Shown here: piece by piece, positions 34,592 to 38,427 of the stretch
Position numbering within the stretch: the first letter of the stretch is position 1
Layout of the letters: the number at the start of each line of letters is the position of its first letter
IMG/VR virus record: IMGVR_UViG_3300037882_000760
Location: 1 to 38,427 of that record
Length of the DNA stretch: 38,427 nt
Reading direction: 5' to 3' (one strand)
Source: a virus
Position numbers and translations under genes: made by a program
The notes under the pieces: model-generated
The model's database searches: none
What the model was told of the DNA's origin: nothing
The model's input: the letters and a program-made list of their open reading frames with translations, nothing else

Positions 34592-35214
34592 TAGAAAGGT
34601 AAATCATCGTTTGGGTCTGGCACTTGTAATGGTGCTGATTCTTCATGCCCTCTATTAGTCAACTTCCCGTATTCAGGTGTCTTTTTCATACGGTCACGTA
34701 GCCATTCTGGCAACTTTTCAAAGTCCGCTAAAGTGCTATCGGAATAGCTGAAAATTAAACTTGGATTTGTTTGTGGAGGCATGGCCATACCTTTAGGTAA
34801 GCTAGTAACATTCGATATGTTAGCGTATGTATTACCGTTCTTTTCCGTGTGGATAACGTTAAGCATACAAGGTTTTCCAATTAGCACGGTGATGTCAAAT
34901 GCTTTGGCTTCGTCCTCTGTAAAGGCTCTACCTCTCCAGCTTTCAAGGTCACCTCTTAGCGTGCTTTTTTCGTGCATTGATAAGGTGTAATCTCTTGAAA
35001 GTACAAATGGTTGCTCCCCGTTTTCAGGCTTGAATACTTTCTTTTCGTGGCATAGTTCCCAACTGATTCTTACTTTGTGGGCTTTCTTTTTTACCCCGAG
35101 ATATTCTACTTCCTCGGTTCCGATTTCAACCATTGAATAACAGATTGCAAGGTGGTTTCCTGCTGGTGCTGGGTCACTTGTAAACCCTTCTTTTTTGTTT
35201 GCGATAATAGGCAT
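34591..35214 (-). CDS. Putative ssDNA-binding protein (DUF669-like) with an SSB-type acidic tip
   Basis: 207 aa. PAPAGNHLAICYSMVEIGT is DUF669-like. The extreme C-terminus PDPNDDLPF mimics the bacterial SSB tip D-D-D-I-P-F. Confidence 0.6.
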   Translation of the reverse strand: MPIIANKKEGFTSDPAPAGNHLAICYSMVEIGTEEVEYLGVKKKAHKVRISWELCHEKKVFKPENGEQPFVLSRDYTLSMHEKSTLRGDLESWRGRAFTEDEAKAFDITVLIGKPCMLNVIHTEKNGNTYANISNVTSLPKGMAMPPQTNPSLIFSYSDSTLADFEKLPEWLRDRMKKTPEYGKLTNRGHEESAPLQVPDPNDDLPF

Positions 35215-35217
35215 AGT

Positions 35218-35469
35218 TTATAAATTTAAAAGGTAGATATTAGTTAAAACATAGAGTCTTGTTCTGATTCTCAAAGCTATTGCAGCGTACTTATCGGCCT
35301 TAGCTTCTAATTGGCTTTTAGTGGTAAACCAATACATATGTATTGCGTCTTTGGCATCTTCTTGCCTGATTCTTCTACGTGTGTTTAATTCGTGCTTTCG
35401 GGCATCCTTGCAAAGCGCATCGTAGAAATTAATCTTTTCGAGCGTTGACATTTTAGATAGTTCGTTCAT
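35218..35469 (-). CDS. Hypothetical protein
   Basis: 83-aa ORF preceded by an A9 leader and a TACTTTTG box. Confidence 0.5.
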   Translation of the reverse strand: MNELSKMSTLEKINFYDALCKDARKHELNTRRRIRQEDAKDAIHMYWFTTKSQLEAKADKYAAIALRIRTRLYVLTNIYLLNL

Positions 35470-35483
35470 AGTAGTTTTTTTTT

Positions 35484-35491
35484 CAAAAGTA
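35484..35491 (-). promoter_or_regulatory. Candidate Bacteroidota -7 box TACTTTTG
   Basis: Matches TAnnTTTG, 14 nt upstream of the ATG at 35469. Preceded by an imperfect long hairpin (ACCGCTT...AAGCGGT). Confidence 0.3.
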
Positions 35492-35544
35492 GTTTAAACC
35501 GCTTTCAGTAAATAGGTGATTTATTTAAGCGGTCTTTTGCGGTG

Positions 35545-35742
35545 TTAAGTGGTAGAGAATGATACACAATCATCTTTCCATGTTAAATTTCTACCTATTA
35601 TTTTTTTAATCGTGCCTTTAGGAAGCTCACAAACACCACTATGCCCACTCACACTTGCATACCAATATGAATCTGCTCTTAATGGTTTAAATCCATACAC
35701 AAACTCACTTCCATCCTTATCAACTGCCAGAAATGCTTTCAT
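35545..35742 (-). CDS. Hypothetical small protein
   Basis: 65-aa ORF. Its antisense partner ORF is rejected. Confidence 0.5.
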   Translation of the reverse strand: MKAFLAVDKDGSEFVYGFKPLRADSYWYASVSGHSGVCELPKGTIKKIIGRNLTWKDDCVSFSTT

Positions 35743-35903
35743 ATCGTTAGCTCTTTAACATTTAAGGTCTGAAATTGACTTGTATATTCTGGGTATAGGC
35801 CTTTAAAAATTACGATTGCCCTTATTGTGTTTAATGCTATTATTTGCCTTTGGTAAACTACCCTCCCATCGTGAAGGGTAGCTGTGATTTCGTAGGTTTT
35901 CAT
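35739..35903 (-). CDS. Hypothetical small protein (54 aa)
   Basis: Hand-translated: MKTYEITATLHDGRVVYQRQIIALNTIRAIVIFKGLYPEYTSQFQTLNVKELTI. ATGA overlaps at both ends. Confidence 0.45.
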   Translation of the reverse strand: MKTYEITATLHDGRVVYQRQIIALNTIRAIVIFKGLYPEYTSQFQTLNVKELTI

Positions 35904-36091
35904 AATTGGCTTTTGATTATTCTTTTAGTTTCTTCTTTGTTATCTTCTAAGATAGCCCATGTTTTCTGACAATCATTAATCCAAAGGTTAGCTAATTCAT
36001 CAATCCCTTTGTTCATATCGTAATTAATTCTTTTAGCAAATAATACAATTGATTCAATTTCGTTTGATAAGTTTTCTATTTGAGCCTTCAT
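35900..36091 (-). CDS. Hypothetical small protein
   Basis: 63-aa ORF, the first gene after promoter copy B. Confidence 0.5.
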   Translation of the reverse strand: MKAQIENLSNEIESIVLFAKRINYDMNKGIDELANLWINDCQKTWAILEDNKEETKRIIKSQL

Positions 36092-36099
36092 TTTCTTAG

Positions 36100-36122
36100 C
36101 GTTTAATTATGAATCAAATATA
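36100..36122 (-). promoter_or_regulatory. Bacteroidota-type -7 box (TATATTTG) plus conserved leader, copy B
   Basis: The minus strand reads TATATTTGATTCATAATTAAACG. It shares the 14-mer TTTGATTCATAATT with 26954-26977. The ATG lies 9 nt downstream. Confidence 0.4.
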
Positions 36123-36142
36123 CGCCCTCCACTCGGTTGCTG

Positions 36143-36183
36143 AAATACAACTTACACGAACGGTTGAATGATGTGATGGGTGG
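36143..36183. repeat. 41-bp intergenic repeat, copy 1
   Basis: aaatacaacttacacgaacggttGaatgatgtgatgggtgg, 40/41 identical to 37542-37582. Confidence 0.9.
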
Positions 36184-36293
36184 CGGTTATACAACCGTAA
36201 TAGAGGTATATCCGCAATTAGTGGCTGGTTATACGTTGTGAGTGCCGTATATCGGCAATAAAAATGGCGGTTAGCCGCTAGTTGGCAGTAATG

Positions 36294-36761
36294 CTAAAAA
36301 CCAACCGAACTAAACAAGTCGGGAAGACTTTCAACCTTGACTTTCTTTTTATTTGATGTATCAATTCCATTCAACATTTTTTTAAGTTCATTTATATACT
36401 CTTTTTTATCCCACTTCTCAATTTCGCAAACCATTAAATCAAACATTATTTCTTTTAATAGTTGTTCTTTGAATTTTAACCGAGCTAAATCATTTACAGT
36501 TTTAGCAGGGAAAATCGGTATTTCCGTTTTTTCTACCATTTCGTTGACTTCAACAATATGGTTAGGTTTTAATATCTCGTTTTTTTGTGTTTTTATATCT
36601 CGTTTTACTTCTACTTTTAACAAAGCCCTTTTTTGACCATTTAAAACACTTTTACCATTTGTAATAAAAACAGTATTTGGTGCAGGAGAACCAGCCGTTT
36701 TATCAATTGACCAACCTTTTGGCAATTCTTCCAAAATATCCCAATCTCTATATTTATCCAT
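36294..36761 (-). CDS. Hypothetical protein
   Basis: 155-aa ORF overlapping the upstream ORF by 8 nt. Confidence 0.55.
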   Translation of the reverse strand: MDKYRDWDILEELPKGWSIDKTAGSPAPNTVFITNGKSVLNGQKRALLKVEVKRDIKTQKNEILKPNHIVEVNEMVEKTEIPIFPAKTVNDLARLKFKEQLLKEIMFDLMVCEIEKWDKKEYINELKKMLNGIDTSNKKKVKVESLPDLFSSVGF

Positions 36762-37140
36762 TACTTAAAAACCGCTTGACAAAAAGCACTACTGCCAACA
36801 ATGCATATACAAAAGCAGGGCAGAAGTGCAAACTTTCAGCTTTTGTACGTTTATTGAACTTTCGGAAGTAAACGAGCTTTGGTATTTTAAAGCCCTGCCT
36901 TCGTATATGCTCAACGTTAGCGTCAAGGCACTTCGGTGGCATTATCACATCATTTGGCCCGATTGAAAAGCAGTGCTGGTCATCTAGCCTTATAATGTAA
37001 ACTCCCTGCCCATATTTAAATACACTTTCATCTATCAGTGTGATATGCCCAGCCCATCCTAAATATGTATCTACAACTTGCCCAGCCGCTAACAATATAT
37101 TATTGCCATTGCTCGGTTCGTTTTCCAATTGATTTTCCAT
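36754..37140 (-). CDS. Hypothetical protein with a C-terminal TM segment
   Basis: 128 aa. The C-terminus FCPAFVYALLAVVLFVKRF is hydrophobic. Confidence 0.55.
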   Translation of the reverse strand: MENQLENEPSNGNNILLAAGQVVDTYLGWAGHITLIDESVFKYGQGVYIIRLDDQHCFSIGPNDVIMPPKCLDANVEHIRRQGFKIPKLVYFRKFNKRTKAESLHFCPAFVYALLAVVLFVKRFLSNG

Positions 37141-37207
37141 AGTATTAAGTTTACTTGTTTAAAATTCTTTTCAGGCAACGGCAATAATAAAGACCGTTAG
37201 GCACAAT

Positions 37208-37405
37208 TTAAAACTTCCCATACCAAGGTTCAATTTCCTCACCATCTTCGACAATTTCTGCATAAGTCCAATGCTTACTATCAAGGTCATTCACACTCAC
37301 AATATACTTTTCAGCATCTTCCCGTGTGTCGAATAGTTTAGGTTTAATCCAATCTGCACCCTCACGACCTTTACCTCTTGCTACAATTACAATAATTTTT
37401 TCCAT
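37208..37405 (-). CDS. Hypothetical acidic small protein
   Basis: The track ORF starts at TTG (37453). The first ATG at 37405 gives MEKIIVIVARGKG... (65 aa). Confidence 0.5.
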   Translation of the reverse strand: MEKIIVIVARGKGREGADWIKPKLFDTREDAEKYIVSVNDLDSKHWTYAEIVEDGEEIEPWYGKF

Positions 37406-37541
37406 AATAAAATAAACTGTGCCTAACAAGCAATATAAAACAGTTGCTGTCAAGCTATTACTAATTTTGAAACGTCTTACAAGGCAACCGTTTCATATTG
37501 CCATCCGTTACCCCAAACCTACAAAATCAATATTTCACATT

Positions 37542-37582
37542 AAATACAACTTACACGAACGGTTCAATGATGTGATGGGTGG
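37542..37582. repeat. 41-bp intergenic repeat, copy 2
   Basis: aaatacaacttacacgaacggttCaatgatgtgatgggtgg. Contains the palindrome GAAC-G-GTTC. Confidence 0.9.
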
Positions 37583-37587
37583 TAAGA

Positions 37588-38073
37588 CTAAATAAACGGC
37601 CTATAATCAATCTCGTTTTTATTTGATTTATTGAGATTGCACTTCTTACAAAGCACTTGAAGATTGAATAGTGATAGCTCTAATTCGGGGTATTTAGACC
37701 GTGGCTTTATATGGTCAACGTGTACCTCTGTGTTTGTTGCTCCACACTTCATACACTTACAACCGTATTTTTTTAAGGTCAGCACTCTTAACGTTTGCCA
37801 TGCCTCTGAATCGTAAAAATGATTTGCACGCCTTTTTTTTATTGGTTCATACTTTTTACCAAAGTCAACTTTAAGCCCTCTAAATCCATGCTTTGTATAT
37901 TCATACAATACCCAATTATATAAGCTGCCAGATGTTTTTAATCCTAAAGCCTTTGCGACTGTTTGAATTGCCACTTTTTCAGATAGGCCGTTTTTACTTT
38001 TGCCTATATTGTTAATACAGAATAGTTTAAACTTTCTTATTAACTCAATGTATAATGTACTTTTATTAGCCAT
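37588..38073 (-). CDS. HNH endonuclease
   Basis: The track ORF starts at TTG (38154) and translates a polypurine tract. The ATG at 38073 gives MANKSTLY... (161 aa). CMKCG...HVDHIKPRSKYP...NLQVLCKKCNLNKSNK is the HNH motif. Confidence 0.85.
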   Translation of the reverse strand: MANKSTLYIELIRKFKLFCINNIGKSKNGLSEKVAIQTVAKALGLKTSGSLYNWVLYEYTKHGFRGLKVDFGKKYEPIKKRRANHFYDSEAWQTLRVLTLKKYGCKCMKCGATNTEVHVDHIKPRSKYPELELSLFNLQVLCKKCNLNKSNKNEIDYRPFI

Positions 38074-38252
38074 AGTTTTCAAAAGAAAAGAAAAGAAGAA
38101 AAACAAGTTTAAGAAATAGAAGAAAACAAAAGAAAAAGCCCCTAAGAAAATCAAAATTAACCGCTTATTCCGTTGTTACATAAGCAAGGCCACCTGACCC
38201 AATGACCGTATTAAGGGCAAAGTTTGGCAATTTCTTTAAAGGCTATAAATGC

Positions 38253-38286
38253 AAAAAGCCCAAACAAGGGGAGCTTTGTCGGGCTT
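38253..38286 (-). terminator. Hairpin plus U-run (second terminator between the late-operon end and the early genes)
   Basis: Minus-strand RNA AAGCCC(GACAAAG)...(CUUGUUU)GGGCUU followed by UUUGC. A 6-bp perfect stem extends with a bulge. Confidence 0.5.
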
Positions 38287-38328
38287 ATTTAAACCTTTCG
38301 GTTTATGGGAGGCTAATCCCAATATCTT

Positions 38329-38427
38329 TTAAACATCGCTCCCCAGCTGCGTTTATTAATACAAATATACAAAAAGTATTTTAACTGTCAATATCATTTT
38401 GCTGATGTTAGCAAATAGATAAAAAAA
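38329..38427. repeat. Terminal direct repeat, copy 2 (identical to 1-99)
   Basis: 99/99 identity with the start of the window. Confidence 0.95.

Noticed and set aside
38074-38154. N-terminal 27-aa extension (MIFLGAFSFVFFYFLNLFFFFSFLLKT) of the HNH ORF.
   Set aside because: It starts at TTG and is the translation of the polypurine/polypyrimidine tract. A clean ATG (MANKSTLY) follows at 38073.
38202-38384. Plus-strand 60-aa ORF in the junction region.
   Set aside because: It runs through the hairpin terminator and into the 99-nt assembly repeat, lies on the opposite strand to all genes, and is basic and low-complexity.
1-38427. Lysogeny module, DNA polymerase, reverse transcriptase/DGR, tRNAs, toxin-antitoxin or known defence systems.
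   Set aside because: No ORF shows integrase/recombinase (R..HxxR..Y), polymerase, RT (YxDD) or nuclease-ATPase defence motifs by eye. The small HTH genes alone are insufficient to call a temperate lifestyle.

Overview
The window is a complete tailed dsDNA phage genome. Its first 99 nt are repeated exactly at the end (1-99 = 38329-38427), so the unit length is 38,328 bp, either circular or terminally redundant. The DNA is AT-rich and every credible gene lies on the minus strand. Genes are tightly packed, with many ATGA/TAATG stop-start overlaps and almost no Shine-Dalgarno sequences. TAnnTTTG-type -7 boxes and a VirE-N/BT4734-type primase suggest a Bacteroidota (Flavobacteriia-like) host; this is inference. 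In transcription order (high to low coordinates) the genome reads as follows. First come an HNH endonuclease and about 35 small early genes: HTH regulators, a DUF669-like SSB with a DDLPF tip, a replication-initiator-like protein, a primase-helicase, a VRR-NUC nuclease, and small lipoprotein/membrane proteins. Next are terS, a 770-bp gene-free repeat array, and terL. Then follow neck, tail and fibre genes, a tape-measure-like protein, a ClpP-type prohead protease, the major capsid protein, a putative tail tube protein and a strong terminator. After the terminator sits a 3.4-kb glycan-modification cassette with 3 GT-A glycosyltransferases, a SAM methyltransferase and several unknowns. The genome ends with the portal gene, fibre-like proteins and a lysis cassette (holin, M15 endolysin, membrane protein, unimolecular-spanin-like lipoprotein). 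I saw no integrase, DNA polymerase, tRNA, CRISPR array or reverse transcriptase. All plus-strand ORFs in the track look like antisense shadows. Several track ORFs begin at TTG/GTG, and for those I moved the start to the first in-frame ATG. I added 11 short minus-strand ORFs (42-59 aa) that fill otherwise empty gaps and are coupled to their neighbours. Family names come from motif recognition by eye, not from searches.
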